From: a virus
Lineage: Duplodnaviria > Caudoviricetes
Reading direction: 5' to 3' (one strand)
DNA: 56,100 bases
Virus record (IMG/VR): IMGVR_UViG_3300032397_000015
Span: 1 to 56,100 of that record
Position 1 is the first letter of the stretch. Each line of letters begins with the position of its first letter. The position numbers and the translations under genes were made by a program. The notes beneath the pieces are model-generated. The model was not told the origin of the DNA and did not search any database. It saw nothing but the letters and a program-made list of their open reading frames with translations. Positions 1 through 9,148 of the stretch are shown here, piece by piece.

Positions 1-1
1 C

Positions 2-1027
2 GCCGTTCCTGAATAGCTGGAATTCGAGGTGCTGGTTGTTCGCGCTGCACGACTGCGACAGCGTACAGATCGTCAGGTACACGCCCGCAACGTCGGCGAT
101 CAGCTCATCGGTGTTGAACGTGAAGCCGTTGTTGTCGCCGGCAACCCACCCCGACACGATCTGATAGAACGTGCTGGCCGCTGTCATCGTCGTGACGGCG
201 GAAGCGGACGTGGTCATCTCGCCGTAGGCCGCAGCGCCAGGCTGCGCCGGGGATCCCTGCGGCCCCGTCGCGCCGGGTGGTCCGATGTCCCCGTCCAGGC
301 CGTCGTCACCGTCCAGGCCGGGGATTCCCTGCGGCCCAGCCGGACCTTGGATGCCTTGCGGTCCCGTGAGACCCTGGATGCCTGGTGGGCCAACGTCGCC
401 GTCCTCGCCTTGATCGGCAGAGAGGAACACCGCAGGACCGACAGCCCCCGTATCTCCGGTCAGGCCGCGAGGACCGGGCGGACCTTGGTCGCCGTCCTCA
501 GTGTCACCGACGAGGAACACTGCCGGGCCGACCGGACCCTGCTGGCCAGTGAACCCCTGCACGCCAGGGGGACCCATGTCGCCGTCCTCGCCAGCGTCGC
601 CGACGAGGAACACCGCCTGGCCGGCTGCGCCAGCTTGCCCTGCCGGGCCGGTGCCGCCGCTGGTCAGCAGCTCGCCGTTGGCGTTGTAGACACGCCACCC
701 GTCCTGGTCGACGGTGGCCCAGCCGTTCGCGGGGATCGTGAAGCTGCCGCTGATGCGGTTCGCGTCGGCGGTGCCGTTGACGAACAGCGCGACGCCCGGC
801 ACGGGGATGCCGGTCGTGTTGGCGAGGTGGATCGTCTTGATCAGCGACGTGATCGGCGAGGCCGGACACGTGTAGAACGTCGCGGCGGCGTTGCCGAGCT
901 GGCCTTGCGCGAGCACCTTGTACGTCGGCACGCCGACGGAGACTTCGGCACCTGTGATCGTGTACGTGACGGACGCGCCTGCGCCCGCAACACCTGCGAC
1001 AGTCTCACCGCCGGTCAACGTCAACAT
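2..1027 (-). CDS. Collagen-like fibre protein (3' end truncated by window edge); N-terminal beta-rich domain, interrupted Gly-X-Y repeats, probable C1q/BclA-like C-terminal domain
   Basis: Absent from the ORF track because it has no stop in the window. Manual translation from ATG 1027: [15 protein letters not shown]...[49 protein letters not shown]...[20 protein letters not shown]...[11 protein letters not shown]; the frame stays open to the edge. Confidence 0.8.
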   Translation of the reverse strand, partial: MLTLTGGETVAGVAGAGASVTYTITGAEVSVGVPTYKVLAQGQLGNAAATFYTCPASPITSLIKTIHLANTTGIPVPGVALFVNGTADANRISGSFTIPANGWATVDQDGWRVYNANGELLTSGGTGPAGQAGAAGQAVFLVGDAGEDGDMGPPGVQGFTGQQGPVGPAVFLVGDTEDGDQGPPGPRGLTGDTGAVGPAVFLSADQGEDGDVGPPGIQGLTGPQGIQGPAGPQGIPGLDGDDGLDGDIGPPGATGPQGSPAQPGAAAYGEMTTSASAVTTMTAASTFYQIVSGWVAGDNNGFTFNTDELIADVAGVYLTICTLSQSCSANNQHLEFQLFRNG

Positions 1028-1030
1028 CGA

Positions 1031-1090
1031 CTAGACGTTCCCGAGAACGGTGACGGTGACATCGGGGTGTGTGGTGGTCGCGTCGTGCAT
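1031..1090 (-). CDS. Possible 19-aa mini ORF (MHDATTTHPDVTVTVLGNV)
   Basis: Fills the gap between two collagen genes exactly, with 3-nt spacers on both sides and in the same frame. Confidence 0.3.
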   Translation of the reverse strand: MHDATTTHPDVTVTVLGNV

Positions 1091-1093
1091 GTG

Positions 1094-1396
1094 TTAGCCC
1101 GCCATGAAGAACAGGTAGCCCTCGTCAAAGCGCACCGATTGTAACACGATAACCTGAGGCTCTAGATCTTCACCGTCTTGACCTGGAACACCGGGAGCGC
1201 CGGTAGCCCCTGTCAAACCCTGGGGTCCGGCGGGGCCGGGCACGCCTGGCAAACCATCTTCGCCTGACTCGCCGTCAACGCCCTGTACGCCTGCAGGGCC
1301 ACCTGGACCGGTCGGCCCAGCCGGTCCAGGGCTGCCGCCACCGCCACTGCCACTGCCGCCGCATAGGTCGGATAGTTTGCCGTCGCGAAAGGCCAT
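1094..1396 (-). CDS. Short collagen-like protein
   Basis: Run of Gly-X-Y triplets [37 protein letters not shown]. Confidence 0.8.
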   Translation of the reverse strand: MAFRDGKLSDLCGGSGSGGGGSPGPAGPTGPGGPAGVQGVDGESGEDGLPGVPGPAGPQGLTGATGAPGVPGQDGEDLEPQVIVLQSVRFDEGYLFFMAG

Positions 1397-1399
1397 GGT

Positions 1400-1786
1400 T
1401 TACACGGGTGATTGTAGCGTAACCCGGCAGATCAGCGCATCGGTTGCGCCTGTCGTGCGAACCACCAGCATCTGCTTAGCTGTGAGCACGAACGACTCGC
1501 ATTCTGTCGTAATGAAGTGGGTTTCGGTTGTGCCGCACATGATCAGCAGCTCGTCACCGATAAGATCGCGCTTGTGGACGGTCCACTCGGATTGGCCGCC
1601 GAGCCTGAGCTCGACCGACCGGACAAACACGGGGGCCGATAGATCTGGATCGATCAGTCCGCCGACCGGTCCAGGTGGATAAGCCTCGAGGCTATCTCGA
1701 CGAACAGCATCGCCGATGGGGGCAGTTCCCGAGAACTGCCCGCCAGCGGTTACTCGCTGCTCGATCGTACGAAACCCAAGACCCAC
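1400..1786 (-). CDS. Hypothetical virion-module protein
   Basis: 128-aa ORF tightly packed in the minus-strand operon. Confidence 0.7.
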   Translation of the reverse strand: MGLGFRTIEQRVTAGGQFSGTAPIGDAVRRDSLEAYPPGPVGGLIDPDLSAPVFVRSVELRLGGQSEWTVHKRDLIGDELLIMCGTTETHFITTECESFVLTAKQMLVVRTTGATDALICRVTLQSPV

Positions 1787-1789
1787 GGC

Positions 1790-3577
1790 TTAGAACTTCC
1801 CCAGGGTGATGTCCGCCGCCAGTTTCGCATAAACCAGGCTATGGAGGGCGTCATCCGGTTGGTCGATCGGATGGTCGTACATCATCGTTCGGGTCCGATC
1901 GTTATACTCGACGTACTCCGCCAGGATGTCTTTGGCGAACGGCTCGAACTCCTCCCACGCCGGGAACATGAAGTTCCCTTGCTTGATGTCACCGAAGAAC
2001 TGTGACAGGGCGGCGTTCCGGTTCACGATGAATTTGTAGGCGTTGGAATCCCAGCGCTTGCGCTCGCCCAGGTTGGCCGAGTAGGCGAACTGCATGACAC
2101 CGTCTCGTCCGCGACTCTTGAATAGACGGCTGTTCATGCCCCAGCCGTGACCCCAGTCGGCTCCGATGATCTCCACGTTCCAGTGCGCGCAGATGTGCTC
2201 GACGTCGGGCAGGATGAGCTCGGGGTCGACCTCCTTGCCGACGTACCGCTTCATCATGAAGGGCCAGAAGATGGCGTCGTTGATGTACGCACCGAGGGTC
2301 AGGACGGTCCAGGATGCAAACTTCTTGCGCCCCGAGTTGACCTCGCCTTCCTCTCGACCCTCGCCCCAATCGATGCCGGCAAAGATTCGCAGGCCGTTGT
2401 GGGACGGCCCTCTGGAATAGGTGAACTTGGAGCTGTCGTTGCCCTCGTACTTTTTGGATGGCCAGCAATTCTGCTGGATGTCCATGCGAGTGACTGGGGC
2501 TGAGGCGTTGTCGTAGGAGATGCCCAAGATCTCGTTGTTGAACTTGGACTCCGGCCACTTCTCATGGGGAAGGACGATCTCCGTGCGCCAGGCATCCTCC
2601 GACTGCTTCCACGGAACCATCAGCTGTGAGATGTGGTAGCCGATGTAGAACTCGTTGGGCGCGAAGCTGACCCACTGCCCTTGGGCTGGGTTGATCGCCT
2701 TGCCGCACTTGGAGCAGATGAGCCCCTTTTTGCCGATGCTGCGGGCATCTAGGTAGTTCCAGTAGCGACCGGCGTCCCCGCCAGCGCAGTCACAGGGAAC
2801 CATCCACTCGTTCTGGGTCGACCACTGCCAGTACTCCTCGAGCGTGTTGGAGAACGTCAGCGGCGTACCCGTGATCATCTCCTTGCCCGGAACGCCCATA
2901 GCCAGGCGGGACGCCGACAGCGACTGGCTGATGACCTTGATGTTGTCCTTGAGTAGGTCCTGGGCCTCATCGAAGAACACGCGACTGGCCGGGATGCCTC
3001 GAGCTCGAGCAGCCGTGAGGAAGGCGTAGCGCAGGAAGATGTACGAGCCGTTGGCCAGGGTCTTCTCGAAGACCTGATCGGTGACGCCCTTGCCGAAGAG
3101 GTACCGAGAGACGAACGGGGAGTCGGTCAGCGTCGGCCGCAGCTTCTCGTTGGAATACTGCCGCGTTTGCAATGCGGAGGGGGAGACATAGAGCGAGCGC
3201 CAGTGTGGGCGGATGATGGATTCCAAGATCTGCAGGTTGCAGACGGTCGTCGACTTAGCCACCTGGCGCGAACACTTCATCACCAACCGCTCGTCATCAT
3301 CGTTGTAGATGGGGAGCATGAAGGCGTGGTTGTCCAGCCTGAGCGGACGACCCAGGTGGTAGAGCACGGCTTGGGCGATGTCGCTCTTGCGACCCTTGAA
3401 CGTGGGGCGCTCCTTGCCCGGGCGCTCCATCTGCGTGAGCCGCGGCTCCCAGTCGTATTCGCCATTCCACTTGACGTCGTTCGAGAACGACGGCGGGTCG
3501 ATTTCCTTGCCGGTGAAATCGAACGGGTCGGCCTCGAGCTCGGCGTTGGGGTCGAGCTGACCCGGATCTTCCATCAC
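1790..3577 (-). CDS. terL: Terminase large subunit (lambda GpA-like)
   Basis: Walker A-like KCSRQVAKSTT, Walker B VFFDEAQD, Zn-ribbon CDC...CSKCG between domains, nuclease acidic motifs FAGIDWG and PDDALHS. Confidence 0.9.
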   Translation of the reverse strand: MMEDPGQLDPNAELEADPFDFTGKEIDPPSFSNDVKWNGEYDWEPRLTQMERPGKERPTFKGRKSDIAQAVLYHLGRPLRLDNHAFMLPIYNDDDERLVMKCSRQVAKSTTVCNLQILESIIRPHWRSLYVSPSALQTRQYSNEKLRPTLTDSPFVSRYLFGKGVTDQVFEKTLANGSYIFLRYAFLTAARARGIPASRVFFDEAQDLLKDNIKVISQSLSASRLAMGVPGKEMITGTPLTFSNTLEEYWQWSTQNEWMVPCDCAGGDAGRYWNYLDARSIGKKGLICSKCGKAINPAQGQWVSFAPNEFYIGYHISQLMVPWKQSEDAWRTEIVLPHEKWPESKFNNEILGISYDNASAPVTRMDIQQNCWPSKKYEGNDSSKFTYSRGPSHNGLRIFAGIDWGEGREEGEVNSGRKKFASWTVLTLGAYINDAIFWPFMMKRYVGKEVDPELILPDVEHICAHWNVEIIGADWGHGWGMNSRLFKSRGRDGVMQFAYSANLGERKRWDSNAYKFIVNRNAALSQFFGDIKQGNFMFPAWEEFEPFAKDILAEYVEYNDRTRTMMYDHPIDQPDDALHSLVYAKLAADITLGKF

Positions 3578-4458
3578 TCGGCCTCGGGCGGCTTGGGTAG
3601 CTCCGGAGTACCAACCTGCCCCTGGAGGTCGGCCAGTGAGATGTGATTGGACTTGGAGATCTGAACCGTGAACAGCCCGTTGAAGTCGTTCGGGATCGAC
3701 GTCTCCACGACCTTCTTGGGAACGTGGGCGGCCAACGCCACCGCTGCCTTGGAGGCCATCTCGCCCCAGCGAAAGGCGTCTGCGGCGGCCGGAATGGGCT
3801 GCTTCATGGCCAGGTCATACTGTTCAATAGACGTGTTCATCAACCGCCTGAGCACGGCGTCTGGCTCCAGGGCATACTTCATGCCCAGGATGCACTGGAC
3901 TCCCTCGAGGGTCGGATTCTCGAACCCAAGCGCCAGATAGTGACGCTCATCCCGTTCCATCGTGTCGATCAGCGCCTCCCAGCTGCCGGCCGGCATCGGG
4001 CGCGCATCCCAGAAGATGTTGCGGTATGTCTCGATGGCGTCAGGGGTGACGTCCATGTCGAAGTGGGGGGTGAGGCTGTCAGAGATTTCCGTGGGGGTGG
4101 CCTTGGAGAACAGGAACAGGCCAATCCGGATCCTGGCCTGCCGGTTAGCAAAGATCCGCGTCGCTACGTCCAGCTCCGGCGAGACCGCACGGCAACCAAA
4201 CTCCGGCTGAATCTCCCATAGCGAACGGAAGCCCTCGCGTTCCGCCCAATCAAGGACGCCGACAGTCGTCGCGAGCTCGTCATCGTCTGAATCTAGATGA
4301 CGAACGACAGCGTACGGCGCCACCTTCCTGAAGTCGGACCTGGTATCGGTGAGCCATAGCCCGCCAACGGGCGGCAGCCCGTAGCGCTTCAGCGTTTGGT
4401 TGACGTCAACCTTGCGCGAAACCAGGAACCTAAGAAATCGCTCGTAGGGGTAACGCAC
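3574..4458 (-). CDS. Hypothetical protein, positional candidate for terminase small subunit
   Basis: 294-aa ORF overlapping the terL start (ATGA). Function inferred from position only. Confidence 0.55.
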   Translation of the reverse strand: MRYPYERFLRFLVSRKVDVNQTLKRYGLPPVGGLWLTDTRSDFRKVAPYAVVRHLDSDDDELATTVGVLDWAEREGFRSLWEIQPEFGCRAVSPELDVATRIFANRQARIRIGLFLFSKATPTEISDSLTPHFDMDVTPDAIETYRNIFWDARPMPAGSWEALIDTMERDERHYLALGFENPTLEGVQCILGMKYALEPDAVLRRLMNTSIEQYDLAMKQPIPAAADAFRWGEMASKAAVALAAHVPKKVVETSIPNDFNGLFTVQISKSNHISLADLQGQVGTPELPKPPEAE

Positions 4459-4464
4459 ACGTCT

Positions 4465-6747
4465 TCATCGAACGAACCCGTAGGGGCTCGCCGCCGGGAG
4501 GAGACGACCGCCGACATGCGACCGGGACGACTGCTTCACGGCAGACGTCTTCTCTTGGGTTTTGCTGAGCATCTGGAGTCGCTCCAGACCCGACAAGATC
4601 TTCTGGATGTGGGCCATCGCCCCGCGCACGTTCTCCTCCGGAATGTCCTCCATGCCCAAGCGCGCCGCCAGGAGCAGCTTGGCCAGCATCTGGCTCACCT
4701 CCTCCAGCATCGGCTTGGCCGACGAGAAGCGGGTGATGTTCTCGTTGTTCACGAACCCGAGCGAGAGCACGGCATCGACCGCCTGCGCATCGTCGATCGA
4801 CGCCGCACACTTCAGCAGGTCGACGATTGGGGACCGAACGGAGTCGATGAACGCCTTGATCTTGGGCGAGGCGGTCTTGATCTCCCTGGCAACCTTGGGG
4901 AAGCGCAGGTGGTGAACCTCGAGGCGGATGTGATCCTTGGCCTTGTTGAGGACCTCGGCCACCTTCTCCGAGCCAAGGCCCCAGTATCCCAGCAGGAACT
5001 CGGCCTCATGGCGTTGCAGGCTGTTGAAGTCGAAGGACACCTTGGCCATCGGCCTGGCGTTGGCGTTCGGGGTGCCGGGGGTGATCGGCATCGGCGTCTC
5101 GGCCTTGGTATCCATTGCAGGGGCCTTGGCAGTCACGGGAGGGGCAAGCGGCTTGATCTCCATCGTGTTGCTGCCGGTCGGCGCGGCATACTTGGCGATC
5201 GGCCCGCCCTTGAAGATGTACCTACCATTGGCCGTCGCGACCTTGATCGGGTTCTTGTCCAACCACTCCGCCGCGATGCGCTTGAAGTCGTCGGGGCCTT
5301 CGGAGACCTGGCAGAGTCGCGGCATTCGGACGAAGAACATCTTCGCCGACACGATGTAGTTCTTGCCTGCACCCATGAGGGGACGAAGCGTCGACTTCTG
5401 CTTGTCGTCGATGGCGACGATGCCGTCGACATTTGGCGAGATGATCAGGTTGGCGATCTTCCCCTGGTAGTCGATCACGCCCAGGCTGCGCAGGTTCTTG
5501 TAGACCGTTACCGAGGTGACCTGGAAGGGGCAGGTCGCCATGACGCGATCTCCGTCTCGGTAGACGAGCGTCCCCATCTTGCCGGTGTCTGGGCGGTCGG
5601 CCTCGAGGTTCACATCGGCGTCGTCATTGAGGGCGATGCCGGCGATGCGGCCCTGCATGGAGGCCAGGGACTTTCCCAGGAAAAGCTTGATGGGCTTGGT
5701 GGCGCCGTCGAAGTCGACGACGTTGGTGATCACCCAGCCCTTGGCAAGCACCCCGTCAGCATCCTTGACGCCGTAGCGTCCGAACTTGTCGACGGTGCGG
5801 ACGATGCGGTCGTCCTGCAACGGATCGAACACCCAAGGGTTCAGGTGCTTGCCCAGGCTGATGTCGCCGGCCGGTCCGTCGACCTCCTTGCCATAGACGG
5901 TCTCGGGCGGGATGACGGTGAAGTGGCCGAACTGGTCGATGCTGTTGAGCGGGTCCTGCTCGTAGTCCCAGAGCTCGGACCTGCGCAGGTTAAGGAAGTT
6001 CCTCAGTCCTTGGCGGTCCGTTGAGATCATGACCGGGTCATAGACTTCGTCGGGAGCCGAGAAGAGCCGGTACTGGTTGGGTCCGTCCTTCTTGACGGTG
6101 AAGACCTCGGACGCGCGCTCCTTGTTGGAGTCGTCCTGTTCGGTCTGCTTGGGCGCCTCTGCGGCGATCTTGTGCAGCAGCCGATCAGTACCGCGGCGAT
6201 GGTAGGCGCTCAACAGAGCCGGCGTGGCGGCAATGGCCGTCTTGAACATGCGCAGATCTTCGGCGCCCAGGGTGCCGCTGATTGCCTTCAGCATGGAATG
6301 AGGCGAGGAGTACGAGTACTTGCCGCCCAGTGGAGGATTGCGGACCTCTGCAAAGCTGTCATCGGCCATGCTCGGCGGGGCGCCAACGGGCGCCAGGCCG
6401 GTGCCCATGCTGGACTGGTAGAACACCTTGGCCAGGTTGTCGTCAGTCAGCGGGTAGACCTTGTTCTCCTTGAAGAACAGATCGATCGGCGCCAGGTTCC
6501 AGGACTTGACGATGGCCGGGATGCCGATCGAATTGCCGCTCTCGTCAGACGCGATGGCGGAACCGATGGCGTACCCCTTCTCGTCGTCGACCTTTTGGAA
6601 GGTCACGACGACGTTGAGGCCCATATCTTTCGGCAGCTTCTCGGCCACCAGGGCGGCGATCTCCTGCTGCCACTCCCGGACGTTGTCCGACAGCTTCTTG
6701 TACTGCACCCGACGAAACTGCGGGTCTTCCGAAAAGAGGTTCTCCAT
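4465..6747 (-). CDS. Large hypothetical protein, probable virion/head protein with KxA motifs
   Basis: 760-aa ORF with a GGAG RBS; contains HKIAA, AKYAA, IKTAS and LKCAA. Confidence 0.75.
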   Translation of the reverse strand: MENLFSEDPQFRRVQYKKLSDNVREWQQEIAALVAEKLPKDMGLNVVVTFQKVDDEKGYAIGSAIASDESGNSIGIPAIVKSWNLAPIDLFFKENKVYPLTDDNLAKVFYQSSMGTGLAPVGAPPSMADDSFAEVRNPPLGGKYSYSSPHSMLKAISGTLGAEDLRMFKTAIAATPALLSAYHRRGTDRLLHKIAAEAPKQTEQDDSNKERASEVFTVKKDGPNQYRLFSAPDEVYDPVMISTDRQGLRNFLNLRRSELWDYEQDPLNSIDQFGHFTVIPPETVYGKEVDGPAGDISLGKHLNPWVFDPLQDDRIVRTVDKFGRYGVKDADGVLAKGWVITNVVDFDGATKPIKLFLGKSLASMQGRIAGIALNDDADVNLEADRPDTGKMGTLVYRDGDRVMATCPFQVTSVTVYKNLRSLGVIDYQGKIANLIISPNVDGIVAIDDKQKSTLRPLMGAGKNYIVSAKMFFVRMPRLCQVSEGPDDFKRIAAEWLDKNPIKVATANGRYIFKGGPIAKYAAPTGSNTMEIKPLAPPVTAKAPAMDTKAETPMPITPGTPNANARPMAKVSFDFNSLQRHEAEFLLGYWGLGSEKVAEVLNKAKDHIRLEVHHLRFPKVAREIKTASPKIKAFIDSVRSPIVDLLKCAASIDDAQAVDAVLSLGFVNNENITRFSSAKPMLEEVSQMLAKLLLAARLGMEDIPEENVRGAMAHIQKILSGLERLQMLSKTQEKTSAVKQSSRSHVGGRLLPAASPYGFVR

Positions 6748-6756
6748 GGCGTTCTC

Positions 6757-7212
6757 CTAGACGAGCGGTATCGGCGGACCCGGTGCGAAGGGCTGCACTT
6801 TAACAGCCCCCAGTGTAAGCCCAGCGATAACCTGAGCCAATCCGTTTGCTTGCTGTTGTGGGGTGGCGTCTGGCGGCTGCGGGCTGTTCACGATCGGCGA
6901 CAGCGGCAGGAACAGGGACACGGCTCCGGCCTGGGCGGGTACCGGCAGCCCCAGCCAGAACGTGTTCAGCGCCGATAGGAATAGCGACGGACCAGCCCCG
7001 GAAAGGTTTGGATTGAACGCAGTCTCCAGACCCGAGGCGAGCGCAGATTGCTTTGCGATCGCCGCCGGAATTCCACCCGCCGCGACGTACGAGACATACG
7101 CCGCTGCCCATGCCTTGGCCGATGCGCTGGTCGTGACCGGTGATGTCTCTGGAATGAACATCGGCAGGAACCCCGCGGTCAGGACGGATGTGACAACGGA
7201 TACTGGCATCAA
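6757..7212 (-). CDS. Hypothetical Ala/Pro-rich virion protein
   Basis: 151 aa; overlaps the stop of the upstream spike-like gene. Confidence 0.65.
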   Translation of the reverse strand: MMPVSVVTSVLTAGFLPMFIPETSPVTTSASAKAWAAAYVSYVAAGGIPAAIAKQSALASGLETAFNPNLSGAGPSLFLSALNTFWLGLPVPAQAGAVSLFLPLSPIVNSPQPPDATPQQQANGLAQVIAGLTLGAVKVQPFAPGPPIPLV

Positions 7213-8180
7213 AGTTTAGGAGGGGTCTTGGAGAAGAACGCAAAAGTCGAGAGGATCTTATCAGATAGCTCCGCCTTCAGCTGTGCCAGATCGACCGGAG
7301 TCGGTGGCAGCGGAGGCGTAGACGGCCCCCATGCCGTCCCGACCTTCAGTTGCGTGATGATGTCGATCAGCTTGGAGAATGCTTCTACCAGCGCGTTGCC
7401 CAGCACTGCCGGCTCGTTGGCTGAAGACCCACCCCACTGGTACTTCGGCCCCTCGCCGACCCATGACCCGTCGGCAAAGTAAGTCTCCCTGGTCTTGATC
7501 TCTGCGACTTCCTTGCTTGATACGACCTTGACCGACGCGAGCTCCAGCTTGCGCCTGGCTGCCGAGTCCAGGTTTCCGTGAGTGATCTTGAACCTGTCGT
7601 AGGTCGACCCAACCTGGTGCAAGAACGATTCTTCATGGACGGTCTCTGGCTCGGTGCTTCCTGGCTTCTCGCGTCCACGCTTGGCCAGATACCCTTCCGC
7701 GTTTTGGCGAAAGTTAGCCGATCGGAACGACGCCTGGTTGTTGAGCGGGTTGAGCACTAGCCCGACGCCCGGACCGCCCTCCATGACCATGGCGCCCCCG
7801 CGCTTGAGCAGCAGACTCGCACCCCCGGCCGTCTTGTAGACCTTGTCGCCGGCGGTATCGCTGTCGTCTGGCGCACCGACCACTGGCGGCAGATCGGACT
7901 CGTCGTCTACCGACGGCGAGCGAGCGAAGCCAATGATGAAACACTGTGCCCCGTTCGTGGTCATTATGGCCACGCAGGTTGAGCCCGGCCTGGGCCGCGT
8001 GTGTTCGCCACCGCCGCCAGAGTCAGCATCGGGGCTGAGTACGTGGGCGTCGTTAACGACAATCCCGCAGGTCGACGAGAACCTGTAGATCCCCGCCCTC
8101 TTTGGGTTTTCTTCGCCAACAACCCCGAACAGGATCTGCCCGCGTGGCTGCCCCGCACCCTTCCAGAATTGGTTGTTCAC
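7209..8180 (-). CDS. Baseplate central spike-like protein (gpV/Gp138/gp5 type)
   Basis: N-terminal OB-fold-like segment (PRPGSTCVAIMTTNGAQCFIIG), beta-strand repeats, and C-terminal EPAVLGNAL...GTAWGPSTPPLPP typical of spike tips. Confidence 0.6.
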   Translation of the reverse strand: MNNQFWKGAGQPRGQILFGVVGEENPKRAGIYRFSSTCGIVVNDAHVLSPDADSGGGGEHTRPRPGSTCVAIMTTNGAQCFIIGFARSPSVDDESDLPPVVGAPDDSDTAGDKVYKTAGGASLLLKRGGAMVMEGGPGVGLVLNPLNNQASFRSANFRQNAEGYLAKRGREKPGSTEPETVHEESFLHQVGSTYDRFKITHGNLDSAARRKLELASVKVVSSKEVAEIKTRETYFADGSWVGEGPKYQWGGSSANEPAVLGNALVEAFSKLIDIITQLKVGTAWGPSTPPLPPTPVDLAQLKAELSDKILSTFAFFSKTPPKL

Positions 8181-8204
8181 GGCCTCATCCTACCCAGTTT
8201 CCCC

Positions 8205-8220
8205 GGCATAAGGGTTTTGA
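8205..8220 (+). promoter_or_regulatory. Conserved GGCATAAG-N4-TTGA motif (putative phage-specific promoter) upstream of ssb
   Basis: GGCATAAGGGTTTTGA; the same core precedes all four plus-strand blocks. Confidence 0.75.
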
Positions 8221-8268
8221 ACGCAGACACTAGGTCTAGCGCACCCACCATTTCAGTCAGGAGCCACA

Positions 8269-8670
8269 GTGAACATCCAGTTTTTCTCAGGGAACTTGGG
8301 CAAGGACCCAGAAACCAAGACGGTCGGAGATACGACCGTCACCAAGATCACCGTCGCCTGCGGTGAGCGGTGGAAGGACAAGGACGGCAAGCCACAGGAG
8401 AAGACGGAGTGGATCGAAGTCTCGTTCTGGGGGCCGCAGGGAGAGGCCCTGGCCAAACATCGCAAGAAGGGCGATGGCATCGTGGGATTCGGCAAGACCG
8501 AGACCAGGGCCTATGACGAGAAGGGCGAGAAGAAGTACTACCGCTCGGTGCGTGGTAGTCACTGGGAGTTCCCGCCCGGCCGCAAGGCGCCAGGCGAGAG
8601 CTCTGGCCATCACGACGATAACGATGGCCCGCCCGCGTCGGCCTCTTCCGGCGACGACATTCCGTTCTGA
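8269..8670 (+). CDS. ssb: Single-stranded DNA-binding protein
   Basis: GNLGKDPE, E-KTEWIEVSFWG OB-fold signature, and acidic C-terminal tip DDIPF. Confidence 0.95.
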   Translation: MNIQFFSGNLGKDPETKTVGDTTVTKITVACGERWKDKDGKPQEKTEWIEVSFWGPQGEALAKHRKKGDGIVGFGKTETRAYDEKGEKKYYRSVRGSHWEFPPGRKAPGESSGHHDDNDGPPASASSGDDIPF

Positions 8671-8681
8671 AAGGAGAGGCT

Positions 8682-9107
8682 ATGTATTACTTCACCCACC
8701 GTCAAAGTAATGGCACCCCCTCCAGCCTCGAATTGGCGCTCGGCGACTTCGTCGTGACGCCAGGCGGGGTGATGGCGTGGCTGCAGCCTCCGCTTGGCAA
8801 GCTGTCCCGTCATTACCCATGGCGGGCGTTCCCGTTCGCCATGTCCGCCATGAGGACGCTGATCGATCTTGAGTCAGATCCGGACCTGCTGTGCAGGCTC
8901 TCGAATCGTCTGAGCCTGAGCGTCGACGAGACGAACATGCTCAGTGAGAAGATGGAGATCGTGACAGAGGATACGAACAGGCTGATCTCATGGTCGTATG
9001 AGATCGCCGATCAGTGCCCCCACAGAGAGATTGCCAACATGCTCAGAAATGTTGGCAGCATGGGGTCAAGGGAGCGCGACGGCTTCGTCGCTTCATTCCT
9101 GGACTGA
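8682..9107 (+). CDS. Hypothetical protein
   Basis: 141 aa with a strong AAGGAG RBS; follows ssb. Confidence 0.75.
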   Translation: MYYFTHRQSNGTPSSLELALGDFVVTPGGVMAWLQPPLGKLSRHYPWRAFPFAMSAMRTLIDLESDPDLLCRLSNRLSLSVDETNMLSEKMEIVTEDTNRLISWSYEIADQCPHREIANMLRNVGSMGSRERDGFVASFLD

Positions 9108-9148
9108 TCGTCAAGGGGTCGATGGAGATGGCGCAACGCGCCATTTTC

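Noticed and set aside
230-660. Short DNA repeats resembling a CRISPR or tandem array
   Set aside because: Explained by collagen Gly-X-Y coding repeats; there is no constant repeat-spacer structure.
1025-1792. Stop-codon reassignment suggested by in-frame ORF chain
   Set aside because: Three of the four stops are TAA, and the standard code already gives full-length genes and near-complete coding density.
4465-6747. 760-aa ORF as major capsid protein or prohead protease
   Set aside because: No HK97-fold or protease motifs recognised by eye; left as hypothetical.
8205-8220. GGCATAAG...TTGA as a sigma54 (-24/-12) promoter
   Set aside because: Sigma54 needs a strict GG-N10-GC; here TT follows N10 and the TTGA lies 2 nt too far.
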